Source of the DNA: the human T2T-CHM13v2.0 reference genome, Homo sapiens
Length of the DNA: 64,000 nt
NCBI RefSeq assembly: GCF_009914755.1
Contig: NC_060932.1
Direction: 5' to 3' (one strand)
Every line of letters starts with the position of its first letter. Position 1 is the first letter of the stretch. Positions 1-13,550 of the stretch are shown in pieces. A model generated the notes under the pieces. That model worked only from the letters and a program-made list of their open reading frames with translations. It did no database searches and was not told where the DNA came from. Made by a program: the position numbers and the translations under genes.

Positions 1-454
1 TTAACTAGGGAAAAAAGCAATTGGTAATTGCTAATGAGTTAGAAGTTACTGTTCAGGAATTTTAAGGCAGATTTTCCATTTTTGGGGTAAAAAAGGAACG
101 ATTCTGATGGGTTTAAGTATATCATCTCTTATGCATTCACATATGGCTTTGTGTGAAAAAGAAAGAGACAGTTCTAAATGGGTAACTTGGCAGGAATGCT
201 GGTGATAGGAGATGATTTTACAGAGTTGATAGAAAGAGCAGGTTTGGCCTTGAATGCAGAAATCTGGCCTCTGTGGGCTGAATACAGAGAAAGGACAGTG
301 AATTTCCCAATATTATTGTTCCAAAGGTGTGGCAGCAATATCAAAGCCAAAAATCCATTGTTGGAGCCACAAATCTCAAATTAAAGAATGTTGCAAGCAT
401 CCCTTTCATGTAATGAACTGGGTCCAGGTTTCATCTGAGTGATAGCTTAATTGC

Positions 455-467
455 TGGTCAATGACCT
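455..467. promoter_or_regulatory. Nuclear-receptor IR1 motif (FXR/RXR-type), motif only
   Basis: TGGTCA-A-TGACCT, one mismatch to AGGTCAnTGACCT, in non-repeat sequence; AP-1 TGAGTCA at 560-566. Confidence 0.3.
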
Positions 468-759
468 TTTATTTTTTTCTTCTGCTTAAGAGATTAAGCT
501 TTATTCAGGGCACAGCTGAAGAGAGAACAAAGAGTCAGTAAATTAGCAGCATAATCTGTTGAGTCATGAGAACATAAAGCCTTTTCCTACACGCACAGAA
601 GCATTTCAGCTTGGATGACACAGATCTGTCCTTTAAGGGCCATAGGGATTGTTGCTTCTTCCTCCATCCCTCCCTATAGGTTTAATGCCAGCCACGGTGC
701 CCCTTTCCCATTTTTATTGTTGAAGTTTTCTATCCTTCCTGTGGGGAAAAACATTTCTC

Positions 760-2045
760 TTCTTACTTCCATGAAACTGCTCGTGAAGGTCACCATGGCT
801 TCAGCCTTGCTACATCCAAAGCTTGGTTCTCAGTCTTCATCCCATCTCACCTTGCAGCAGCAGCCGACACAGTCGCTCACTCTCTCTTCCAGCAAACATT
901 TTCTTCTCTTGACTTCCAAGACTCTGCACTTTCCCTCCTACCTCTTCTGCTGCTGGATACATCTTCCCAGATGCTTGCTGCTTCCTTCTCTTTTCATTGA
1001 CACATCCAGGGCTCAGACCTTAGATCGCTCCTTTTTCTCTGCCTTCCACATGCTCTTGGAAATCTCATTTGGTCTCATGGCTGTCTGTGCCGCAAACTCC
1101 CACACGAGCACCTCCAGCCCACACCTGTCCCTGAATTCCAGACTCACAGAGCCAACCATCTATTCCATGTCTCTGCATTTCCACCTTCACGTGTCTGAAA
1201 CTGAACTCTAGATCTTTCTTCCAAGTTGGCTTTCCTTGCCTTCTTTCACATCTCAGTTAAGGACAGCTTCATGTGTTTAAGTGCCCGAGCCAATTGTCTT
1301 GGAAGCATCCCTGACTCCTCTCTTTTGCTCACATTCCACATCTAACCTTTCAAAAAACCCTAATATCTGGAATCTCGTTACCACTTCTTACTATCTCCAC
1401 TGCAACCACTTTGGTCTGATCCACAAACATCCCTTGCATGGATTCTTGCAGTTGCCTTTTAGCTGGTCTTCAAGCTTCCATCCTTGTCCTCCAAGGTTGA
1501 TTCTCCCCATTACTCTCAAAGTAGACCAAGGCCCTCATTAAGACCAATGAGGCTCTGCATGATCTGTCCCTTCCCCCAACCATTCCCTCTCTGACTCCTC
1601 TTCCTGTCACTCATCCATTTCAGACACCATGGCCTCTTTGCTGTACCTTTAACTTTCTAGATGTGTTTCTATTTTAGGGCCTTTGCACCTGTGGTTCTCT
1701 CTGCCTGGAATGTTCTTTCCCAGACATGTGCATCATGAACTCCCTCACTTAAAATCTCTGATGTCATTTTCTTGCTGAGGTCACCTTGACAACCCTAAGT
1801 ACCATTGCAACCCTCTCCCTCCAGCCCTGCTGACTCTCCTGCTCTATTATTTTTCTATAACAATTATCATCTAGTAAGATATTATATAATATGCTTATTT
1901 TTATGCTTTTGACAATTGTCAGCCATTTCCCACTAGAATGTAATCTTCATGGGGGCGGGGACTCTGTCTGTTTTGTACCCCAGCACCTATGATGGTATAT
2001 GACACATAGCAGGTCCTCAGTGGATGTTTGTTGAATGAATGAAAG
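760..2045 (+). mobile_element. L2 (L2a-like) LINE, 3' portion
   Basis: Pyrimidine-rich L2 body ending in the typical ...GGATGTTTGTTGAATGAATGAA tail; left boundary approximate. Confidence 0.85.
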
Positions 2046-2691
2046 AAAGCTATAGATGCTAGGATGGCTGGCTTGCTCCCAGGGTGATGTGAATACTTCT
2101 CTCTCAAGCCTTTGATCGGGGGAGACCTCACTTCCTAAAGTGTTTGTTGGGGAGCAGGAGCAAGAATGAAGTTTCCCTGGGGGTAGTTTCTGGGAGAGAG
2201 AAAAAGAGAGCAGACCTTTCCTGCTGTTGCAGGGATGACTTGGGTGGTTCCTACTTGAGTGACGGAGGTGGGTGGTCAGGGAGCCTGGACTGGCTTGATG
2301 TATTTTGTATTCTGATATTTTTGCTTAACATTATATCATGAGCATTTCCTAATTTTAAAAATAATTTTCATGGTGATTGTTTTAATGACAGCATACTTAA
2401 AATACAGTGTTAATGACCCAGCCTTGAAAGTAGATATGTGGATGCATGGAGATGATCATGGGTTGCTTTTGAGAATCTGAGGGTAATGTAGTTAAGAGCA
2501 CAGGTTACCGTTAGGCTGTCTGGGTACAAATCCTGACTCTGGCCCTTTCCGCCTGTGTGCTCTTAGACAATTCACTTTCCTGTGCCTTACTTTCCTCCTC
2601 TGTAAAATTGGAATAGCAACAGTACCTGTATCTGTAACAGTAGTAGTGTTATTTTGGAGAATAGAAGAGTTGATATTTATAAAGTACTTGG

Positions 2692-3205
<514 letters not shown>

Positions 3206-3607
3206 GCAGTGCCTGGAACACAACAAGTACTACATAATGTTGGTTAAATTTTAGAGCAGGTATGGTTTTTCACCAGTCAGACCTCTAAGGCTTATTTCTT
3301 GTTTGTGTCAGGTAAGCTTTTCCAATAAATAGCTGGGGGACTGTCTCAGGCCAATTACTGTGTACCTCTGGGCTTCAGCTTACTTGTCTGTGATGTGAGA
3401 GTCAGAAATGAGTAATTTCAGAAGTATCTTGCCAGCTCTAGCCCTTCGGTATTCAATACTGCCTCTCAATTCACACTTTACTGAGCAGGGAGTTAAAGAA
3501 GACCCAGGATTTCTTTTGGAAACTGTATAAAAAAGTAAGGCCTTAGAAAAATGTTTACAAATGTCCCTTATGGTGCAAGCTAATCATGCCAGAATTGTCC
3601 GAATTAA

Positions 3608-4028
<421 letters not shown>

Positions 4029-4425
4029 TAAAAAACAATGACCCTTACAAATTATCTAACTTTTGGTGACATAATTGCTTCATAGCCCATGATTCAGACA
4101 GAGTTAGCAATTCTAAGAGATTAATTTTCTAAAATGTAGCCAGTAATCACACCCTAACAGTCTGAAAGGGGTCCTAGAAAATAGTCCTTACTTTATAGAA
4201 CAGGAAAATGAAAAGGAGGATGCCTCTCCTGAAAACATTTTTATAACCACTATCAAGATTTTCAACATGTTTCTATGACTGGCAGAATACAGGTCCAATT
4301 CCTTGGCCTGGTTGGTATTCTTGACCCATTTTTATTTGGCTCTAAATAATCTTTTATGGACTGAATTTTGTCTGTGTTCTTTCCACAAATTTACGTGTTG
4401 AAGCCCTACTTCCTGATATAACTAT

Positions 4426-5144
4426 TGGGAAATACAAGTAAAATTCTAAGCCCCTCAACTGAGTAAACAGACCTTCTCTTGGCCATGGCAACCCCAGAAT
4501 AACCTTGAAAACGGTCCTCAGCCATGATGGTATGGGAGGTTGGACACATCTTGTTATATCCGCTCCCTCACTAACAGCCATTAGGCCTTCTTCCCTACAG
4601 GCTAAACAGAAACTAGCCCTCTCAAAAGACTCTGCTGCTGATATCAACCAACCACCTTATGCTGCCCCTCCCTTTTGCAGTTTTGGTGCAACAACAGACC
4701 AGCATTTCTTCCTGATGAGAGACAATTGACCATGGAGTGGTTCTGGCCAGTCTATGGAGAATGTGCAGCAAAGGTTTTCCTGTCATCTGCTTCATCTTTT
4801 GATGTCAGAGGGCCTAAAACTCCACCCTGGGATTATGCTAACACTGCCATTTTTTGTACACAGGACCCATGAAGAGGCATGAAGCTCAATTGCACATGTG
4901 CATGTTTTTCCTTTTGTAAATATTAATGACTCCTCCTATAATCTGTTGAATATGTACACTTAACCACTCAACTTACCATACGTTTCTGTTCCCTTTTCCC
5001 CTCCCTTGAAGTATCTGTTTTTGGCTTCTGACCAGAGACTACACTTCCCAGCCTCTGGGAATGGCCACCCTGCAGGCTGAAACTCTTCATGAGAAATAAA
5101 GCTCTTCTTTCTAAATTTATGAAACTTGTCATTCTTAAATTGAT
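4426..5144 (+). mobile_element. ERV1 MER4-group solo LTR (MER39-like)
   Basis: AAAATTCTAAGCCCC...CTCTTGGCCA start, AATAAA at ~5095, ~720 bp; family name from memory. Confidence 0.7.
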
Positions 5145-5228
5145 ATGATATTTGGAGATAGAGCCTTTAAGAAGGGAATTAATGTGAAACGAGGTCATGA
5201 GAATGAGGCCCTAATCTGATAGGAGTGG

Positions 5229-5581
5229 TGTATTAGTCTGTTTTCATGCTGCTGATAAAGACATACCCAAGGCTGTTTATAGAAAAAGAAAACGGACTCA
5301 CAATTTCATGTGACTGGGGAGGCCTCACAATCATGGCAGAAGGCAAACGGCACGTCTTACATGGTGGCAGACAAGAGAGAATAACAGAACTTGTGCAGGG
5401 AAACTCCCCCTTATAAAACCATCAGATCTCACAAGACTTATTCACTATCACGAGAACAGCATAGGAAAGACCCACCCCATGATTCAACCACCTCCCACCA
5501 GGCCCATCCCATGACACGTGGGAAATGTGGGAGTTACGATTCAAGATGAGATTTGGGCGGGGACACAGCCTAACCATAACA
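5229..5581 (-). mobile_element. THE1 (THE1C-like) solo LTR
   Basis: TGTATTAGTCTGTTTTCATGCTGCTGATAAAGACATACCC...AACCATAACA; 5-bp TSD AGTGG/ACTGG. Confidence 0.9.
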
Positions 5582-6022
5582 ACTGGTATCGTTATAAGAA
5601 GAAGAGGTACTAGAACTCACTCTCTTTCTCTCTGCATAAACAGAGACGAGGCTACATGAGGATACAGAGAAAAGGCATTGTCTGTAAGTTAGCAAGAGAG
5701 GCCTCACCAGAAACCAACCTTGATGCCACTTTGATCTTGGACTCCAGGCTTTAGAACTGTGAGAAAATAACTGTCTGTATTTTAAGCCACCTGGCCTGTG
5801 GTATTTTATTATGGGTGTCCAAGCAGTTGAATGCATCCTCTTTCCAATTTTTTTTTCTTATGTTCCCACAAGGTGCTTGTCTCCTTCTATATGCCCAGGA
5901 GGTGCCCACTTCCTTATCTTTCTCCTGAGTCTTCTTAGGATGGCTTTCCTCTCCACTGCTGCTGTAAGAATCAGTTGGTTTTCATGGCTCTGTTCAAATG
6001 ACATCTCTTCTGGGAAGCCTTC

Positions 6023-6388
6023 TGAAGTGGGTTGCCTAAGTTCTCTCCCAAATTCATGGTGACCCGGAAACTTAGAATGTGACCTTATTTGGAAATAGGG
6101 CCTAAGGACCAATAACATATATTTATAAGAAGAGGAGATGACCCAGAGATGCAGAAAAGATGGCCATGTGAAGACAGTGGCAGAGATTGGACTGATGCTG
6201 CCACAAACCAAGGAATGCTGGAAGCTGGAACAGGCAAGAGTTATCTTCTAGAGCCGTCAGAAGGGGTGTGGCCCTGTTGACACTAATTTTGGACTTTTGG
6301 CCTCCAAAACTGTGAGAGAATAAATTCCTGTTGTTTTATGCCACCAAGTTTGTCGTAACTTGTTAAAGCAGCCATAGAAAGCTAATAG
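6023..6388 (+). mobile_element. MLT1C-like LTR inserted in an L2 fragment (L2 at ~5880-6022 and ~6390-6605)
   Basis: GAATGTGACCTTATTTGGAAATAGGG, GGCAGAGATTGGA and GAGAGAATAAATT motifs. Confidence 0.8.
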
Positions 6389-6789
6389 GCCTTCTCTGAT
6401 CCTCCCAGGGGAAAGTTCCCAGGGGACATTTTGCCTCTTCCCGAGACTTTCCACCTTCTATTATAGCTTATTTAATTGCATCCCATTGGTTCACCAAGAC
6501 TGTGACCACTGGAGGGGAGAATCTTTGAGCCAACAAAGTACTCATCATAGAACCTTGGATATTGCAAAGTTTGTAGTCCTCAAAAATGTCTTCAATAAAT
6601 GAACAGAAGTGCTGCGCTGTCAGATTTCCTAAGGGAAATAATAGCTTTTTCCCAGGACAAAAATTCTGCAACCGTGACATGTGCACATCTACTTCTGGAT
6701 TAATTTACATAGGAGCATGTAGTGGGGAATGAGAATTTCCTATACAATTGTGTTAGTGATTGTTTATTGAAACTTTATGAGAGAAACAT

Positions 6790-7010
6790 TATTGTGTAGT
6801 AGAAAGGGCACAAGACTGGGCATTTAAACCTCTGCAATTGGGTTGGAGTCCAGGTCTTTCTGATTATTGGCTGTGATACCTTAGGTAAGCCACTCTCGGG
6901 CTCAGTATCAATATGAGCAAAATGAGAACAAAATGGTGAGTGCTGCCTACCCCACGGGCATGTTAGGAAACTTGCATGAGGTAAGTTATAAGAGAGGGCT
7001 CTGGAAGCTA
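6790..7010 (+). mobile_element. MIR
   Basis: GCTGTGATACCTTAGGTAAGCCACT...CTCAGT core. Confidence 0.65.
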
Positions 7011-9244
7011 CAAAGTCTCCAAGCTTCTGAGCTGGTTTGAGAGTTATCTAGAGTGCCTTGTGGGGTCACAGTCATAGTCACAGAGCTGTGGGAGTTAGAC
7101 CTGTAAGGGAGTTTAGGGATCATATAATGAAGATCCCAATATTACCTGAGGAAACTGAGGCCAAAAGAAATTGTGACTCACTTATCTACTGTGAATCCAG
7201 TGGCCCCACAGTGGGAGCATGGGTCCCCCTTCACTAAGCTGAGATGCCATAGCAAGCAGGCAACTAGCAATGTTTCTTTCTTTGCAGAAACTAATCACAG
7301 TGAGCTCACCTGATGGAACAGACAGAACAAGTGCAGGACAATTCCCAGAAACACAATAAGAATGTTATACATAATGTCAAACTCATTTCATCAGATGATT
7401 CTTTGAAGTTCATTTTGAAGAATGTCATAAACATTTTAGCAATCCTAGTATGATAAAGGTATAACTTATGATGGCATTTATTCAAGGATTAGGTTGTAGA
7501 ATAACATTATGCCCTAGATATTTGACAGACAGGAGTGTGAATTTTTAAGTCAAATAGATGAGGTGGAGATACCCAGGGAAGATACTGGCAAATCAGCAGC
7601 TCTCAATGGAAGAGTAAACGTCCACGATGTGATGTAAGTGTCCATGATATGATGCAGAGATTGACAGCCTAGTTCCTAGACCTGAAACTGTTAAAATGCT
7701 GATTCTGGTATTCCCAGTCACTTGCTGAAGAAGAAGAGGTTAAAAACCAGTTATAATGCACTGTAGATGTGAGTGATCGGTTAACTTTAAAATGTCCCTT
7801 ACTGTGAGCAAGATCACATAGTTGGATGCATGAAAGAGTGCTCTATTTGTTAAGGAAATAAGAAATACAAATGAGAAACCTGGATGCTAACATTCTCAGA
7901 TGGGAGCTCATTTTATTTTCTAGTAAAGAAAAACATTTTGTGGAGAGGTTCTGTGATTGTGACAAGGAATATGTCTCAAATTAAGGTTATGCTGTGCTAG
8001 ATACATGAAGAACTATATCTTTAAATGACTTAATGGGACATTTTCGAGCAACTCAGCACTTGGCAGATTTCATTTTGACAAGCAGGAGCAGGTGGGTGGC
8101 TCAGGCTTCTCAACCTTGAAGAGATGACCCCAAATGACTTTGTGTTTTCCTGATAGCTGCAAGATAAAATAAGGGTTAATTAACTGTCTAGGGGAAGTTA
8201 CATCCATTGCTCTGGTGAAGGGGAGAGGATTGTGTGACAGATGAATAGAAAGAACCAGTGTCAGGAAAGCACACAGTGACATATGTGCTGGGAAGCATGC
8301 TGGCCAGTCATCCCTGGGGTCCGGTCCGGTGGTAATGGTTTCTGTTCAGCACGAAGGAATTAAACACAACAGTCAACGGTGCTCGCACAAGAGTGCATAC
8401 TTCTGCAATTCTTGAGTGAGAGATTTTTCTGTTTTTCTACCCTTGGGCGAGGAACCGACCCTGCAGAGGCAATACACCTCCAGGCAGGCTTATGCCTTTT
8501 CTGAACTTTGAGAGGCTTTAAATGCTTTGAAAATAAGTAACTTTTCTGAAATTGCTTCAAATCGGGACCCTTTTGACACTCTTTTTCACTTTTTCTACTG
8601 CTTCTATTTTCTCCATTAGTGCCTCTCCCTCTTCTGCTTCCTCTAATCTCTGTCCCTGCCAGTCTGGGTCAAGTTTCTGGCACCTGACTTGTTTGCCAGG
8701 AAAAAGACAACTGCGGGTGAAGGAGAAAACCCTTTCCTGCATGCTCGGCTGCCTTCGGATCCAACGCTCCTAGCTGGGAGATGGGAAGCTGTGGGCTGCG
8801 CAGTGGGTCTTTATGGTCTTGGAAAGGGGACACCCCACCTTGTGCTCATCTTTGTAGAATCTGGGCAAGTTTGGGGGTCCTCATAAAGATTTTGAAATTT
8901 TTGAAGTCTATTCTCTGCCTGTTTTTCTAAAAAATTCTTCAGTAGGTGAATAATTTACTTAACATTGTGTACTTGGGAGAATATGATGATGGGGACAGAG
9001 CATGCTGCATTGCATGGCTTCTTAGGAAGAAAACACTATGGGCTGCCCTGCAGAAATGCAGGCAGAAGCTGTCATCAGTGAATGTTGGGAGGATCCATAA
9101 TGTTGGATTGGAATAGAACTAGAGTGAGGTATTTGATTTTTGTTTTGTTTGTTTGGTATAAAAATTCTATCAGATTCTCTTATGTTCATATTTCTCCCTG
9201 TATTTATAAAAGAACAGTTTTGCAAACCAGAAAAAAGATATACA

Positions 9245-9324
9245 CAGTTGGCCCTCCATATCTTTGGGTTCTGCATCTGTGGATAGAACCAATTGCAGAT
9301 TGAAAATATTCAGAAAAAACTGCG
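9245..9324 (-). mobile_element. MER2 (TcMar-Tigger) 3' end
   Basis: CAGTTGGCCCTCCATATC...GAAAATATTCAGAAAAAA is the reverse complement of the MER2 3' terminus. Confidence 0.85.
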
Positions 9325-9528
9325 ATATGTGTAAGTCTTTGGGAGTTCTTGCTGTATAAATAATTACTGTGAAGTTTCCATTTCATATATGTAGACAGAC
9401 TCTTGGAAATATCTAAGATAGTAACAATGGGAAGTGGTGATATATTGAAAGAAGAAAGAGAACAGCACAAATTGAATCAGAATCTTAGTTTTTTAAAGCA
9501 AATGTGGATGTGAACATATATTACTGTG

Positions 9529-9764
9529 TAGTCGTCTCTGAATGTCTAAGGGAGACTGGTTCCAGGGCCCCCGAGGATACCAAAACCTGCGAATGCTCAA
9601 GTCCCTTGATCTAAAAATGGTGTAGTATTTGCATATAATCTATTCACATTCTCCTGTATACTTTAAATTGTCTCTAGATTGCTTATAATATCTAATACAA
9701 TGTAAATGCTATGTAAGTAGTTGTCACACTGCATGGTTTAGAGAATAACAATAAGAAAAAAAAG
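9529..9764 (+). mobile_element. MER2 5' portion, inverted relative to its 3' end
   Basis: TGGTTCCAGG...GGATACCAAAA...GCTCAAGTCCCTT...GTAGTATTTGCATATAA. Confidence 0.9.
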
Positions 9765-9934
9765 TTATTTATACAGCATGGACTCCCAAAAGACTTACAC
9801 ATATAATAGTCAGATCATGATTTAAAAATCGCTACGTCAGGTCTTTCAATCTTTAATTCCATATTTATTTTGCTTTTCTCACTCTCTCCACATACATTAA
9901 TATACTTATATGTAATATATACAATATTTTTCTA

Positions 9935-10110
9935 AATCTTGATCATTTGATTGAGTTGGTGTTTGCCAGCCTTCTCCACTGTAAAATTGTTTTTCTCTTT
10001 GCAAATAGTAAAAAATTTGTGAGGAGACGCTTTACAATTATGTAAACATCCTATTTGTCATCAAATTTTCCTGTACTTGTTAGCATCCACTGATAATTTC
10101 CCAACTCCAT
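9935..10110 (-). mobile_element. Old L1M 3' fragment
   Basis: TTGATCATTTGATT...TTCTCCACTGTAAA...TTAGCATCCACTGAT. Confidence 0.55.
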
Positions 10111-10189
10111 CATGCCAAGAAATAAATGTGGAAGGAATGATTAAGTTAGAAAATCAAAAATCTATTTTTATAAAAAGAATCTGCAACAT

Positions 10190-10855
10190 TCCTTTACTAT
10201 TCTGGAATGTATTTTATAGGTGGTATAATCTATCTACAAATAACTTCAACTGTAATATAAAGGAGAAACAAAAGGTTGATAATGTATAATAAAAATAATG
10301 TGTATTTCAGTATGTAAATTCTTTGGCACTTCTGTACAAGAGGATACATTGGGAGTCAGGTGTGTGCCCCTATGTGAGAAATCATGGTGCGGGGACAGCT
10401 ACATGTGCAGAGGTGGCCTGCTGATGTCTCAGAATCAGCCAGTGGTATTGTGTTGGTAATGTGATTTTTGAAACCAATGAACAACTTTTGGTAAAATTTG
10501 AAACAAAGTGTGCAAAATATTCCTTCAATTACCCCATATTCACAATCCCACCGAATTTGGTATACATTAAAATAGTGCAAAAATTATTTGAGTTTAAATC
10601 TAAGATGTCTATAAAATTTAGATAACTATAGTTTTTTTATCTACATGGATGCTGGGCGGGACATTTGACAAATTGTATGGGATGTGGATAATTCTTTGGA
10701 GTGTGGCACCAATCTGCTCATTTCAGGATATCTGATACCTCTGGTTTGAACCCACTAGAAGTCTTTTGCATACTCTAATCATCCAGACAATAAAATAACT
10801 CCCACAAATGTCCAAAATGTCCTCTGGAGGTGGTAATACTGGTTGAGAAGCAATA
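10190..10855. mobile_element. MER20/MER20B-like hAT-Charlie element
   Basis: GATAATTCTTTG...ACCCACTAGA...AAATGTCCTCTGG...GGTTGAGAA terminus; left extent uncertain. Confidence 0.6.
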
Positions 10856-12989
10856 TTCTGAGCTCTCTCATAAGCTCAGATTCCTGACCACTGGTGCCCC
10901 TCCCCTTTGCCAACAACAACAAGAACACAAAAAGCACATATGTTGGTTTTTCCTTGGTGTTCCTAATATTCTAGTCCTTCACCTGTTTGCTTTAGCCCTC
11001 TCTATTGCGTCTTGTAGGTCTTGGGCATGAGAGACTTTTTAATTTCCACGGATGCATAATATGTTGATTTGAGGTTTAAGAGAACAGTGGCAAATGGCCT
11101 GATCCACCATATTTACCCCTTCATGGGGATGAATACGAAGATTAATATCTCCTTCAGTTAAGACTAGGAAGACAAGGGACATTTTCAAGGACTCAAACCA
11201 AGGCTCTAATTCTTCCATATACTTCTCCCCCAACATTTGGAGATGTCTTTAACGTTCCATCAAAGGTTTTGCTCCTTGGTGTCCCTGAATTTAGATCAAA
11301 ATCTGGAGCAGAAATGTGATCAGATAACAGGAAAGTCTGGTTTTGAAAGGCTATCTTGCCACATTGAAATAAGAAGTATTATAAACAAGTGCTTGAGTGA
11401 CCAGCAATGCAATTGTGGAGAATCAGCCTATTACTTGATCTTCTAAGTCATTAAGAATGTTTTGACCAAGAAGAGCCTGGCCTACTTGATTTAAATCTGT
11501 TTTAAACAATAATAATGTGAACAAGTCAAAGGAATTTTAAGGAAGGATAATTGTATTTGAGCTGAGAGGTTTCTGTTGACTGAGTTTGGACAGACATATT
11601 ATTAATAACTAAAACATGTGGTATTTTTGTTTGTCATCATTGGAGTATTCCTGGAGTCAATTTCCCCTCTGGTTCTCCATTTTTCTCTCTGTTTTGCTTC
11701 CTCAGGCCTCCCATAATTTTGCTTTCTTTAATGCTTTCATGTTCCAACTTTTTAGGCATGATGAATCTGACTTCTAACTGAACTGAGCAAATGATTTCAT
11801 TACAGTCATGCTTTAAAATCACATTTACAAATTCTCATAGGTCAGCAGCAGAGATACTGGAAACTGGGAGTGCCTACCAAGCACAGATGGGCTACATTAA
11901 TTTTGTGGCTTTCTCTTTGTTCTTTCAGACTGTTTCATGAGGCCTTCTCCCATCTAGAATCTTTCTCAGGAGTATTCTGGATGCTTTGACCTGGATCAGT
12001 TACTGCTTTGGTTTGTGGCAACATGAAAACTGGCACAACAGGACAAAAATGAGTTGATTATTTCAGCTGAACTTCCTGGGAGTTTCATTCACAATAAAGG
12101 AGAGGCAGAACAAGTAGAAAACTGGAACATGCAGCTCCTCATTATGCCTTTGTTGTACCATCCATGCAGTGAATGTTTACCAAATTCACTTTATGCCTCA
12201 TAGCAGGAGGCCACAAGGAGAGTGACTGAGTTCCCATGGCTACCACAGGAGGCCGCCAGGTGGGACAAAGAATTCAGGGTGAGGAAGTAGATGGCCTGGG
12301 TCCCCATTTCTGTTGTTACCTCCTAGCAGTTAGCATGTCTGAACCTCAGACTCCTTATAAAAACCCCAGTTTTGTCTACAGCTCAGTATGATTGTGAGAA
12401 TCAAGTGAAACAAGAAAACTCCAAGGATGAGTTAAAGAAAAAAACCCCACAAGCATTTACAACAGCACAAAGCAGCTTTTTTGAGACCACATAGATGGGA
12501 ATTAAGTTTCAGGAGTCTGGGGTACAAGCCTGAAAGTACATCCACTCTGTGCCTCCCAGGGAAGCTGAGAGGGCTGCATGTTCCGGAGCAAACCCTTTGA
12601 ATGAGGGCGGAGTGGGCAAGAGAACAAGTGAGCCATCCTATTGTTTCTTCAACCTCAAAATGTCAAAATTGAACTCATCACTTCTTGACCTTGGCTTTAG
12701 GCCACCACTTCCCCTTCATGGCGCTCTCTGGCCCTAATACCCTGGCCTTTTGAAGTTAATAGCACGGAAGGCAACCGTGTCCACCCACAGTGTGATTCTT
12801 GGCTGCACTGTGAGGACCAGACACTGGGCCAGAGTGGATGTGGCTCTGATGTCTTATGATTCCCCCCATTGTATGCTCAGAATCTTGTTTAGTAAGGCTG
12901 CCAAGAACGGAGACTACCTAGAGAAGGTTTTCACTTAAATAATTCAGCGTGGCATTGAACAAAGTCAAATGGCAAATGATAAAATTGGA

Positions 12990-13190
12990 GAGAAAGAACT
13001 AGACTTAGGATTCAATCATCCAGGCTCTACTCTGGACTCTCTACTTATTTTTTGTTTGGCTTTGGAAAAGTTACTTCACCTGTTTGCACCTCAGTTTCCT
13101 CATTTGAAAAAGGGGGTTAAGAATCACTGCCGCTATGAAGTTACAGGGCTGCTATGAGAGTCGGATGGAAGGATGTATTTGGTGTGTCAT
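12990..13190 (+). mobile_element. MIR
   Basis: AAGTTACTTCACCTG...CCTCAGTTTCCTCATTTGAAAAA. Confidence 0.75.
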
Positions 13191-13271
13191 CAACTGACGA
13201 GCTCCCTATGGTACAAAGAACACAAAGTAGATTTGGGGTGATTCGTTGTTAAAGGCAATCAGAAAGAAACT

Positions 13272-13490
13272 AGAATTTATTGAGGTTTGTTATGAACCTG
13301 ACTTCATGTTTCATATATAATCACATTCACTTTTCACAAGAATCCTGTGAAGTGGGTATTATCATCCTCCTTTTTCTCAGAGAGGTTAAGTAACTTACCC
13401 AAGATTACACGCTGCCAACTGACCTGGCTGGAATTCAAATCCAGGTCAGGCTGATTCCAAAACTCTTGTTCTTGGTATGACATCTGCTGT
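13272..13490 (-). mobile_element. MIR
   Basis: CTCAGAGAGGTTAAGTAACTTACCCAAGATTACAC...GAATTCAAATCCAGG. Confidence 0.8.
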
Positions 13491-13550
13491 CTCAATAGAA
13501 GAACAAATCATATATATTTGTGTATATAATTTATATACATATATATATTC

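Larger units (their letters stand above)
4355..5835 (+). mobile_element. MLT1A-type MaLR solo LTR in three pieces (4355-4425, 5145-5228, 5582-5835)
   Basis: TATGGACTGAAT...GTTGAAGCCCTA start and AGAACTGTGAGAAAATAA...GTGGTATTTTATTATGG end; pieces are collinear. Confidence 0.8.

Noticed and set aside
615-1211. Longest ORF (198 aa)
   Set aside because: Mostly within a decayed L2; Ser/Leu-rich because of pyrimidine bias; no recognisable domain.
7288-7299. 12-nt microexon (TTTGCAG/AAACTAATCACA/GTGAGC)
   Set aside because: Good acceptor, but such pairs arise by chance and no host gene is evident.
11910-12100. Terminal exon (CTTTCAG acceptor near 11929, AATAAA near 12092)
   Set aside because: Motifs only, with no independent support.
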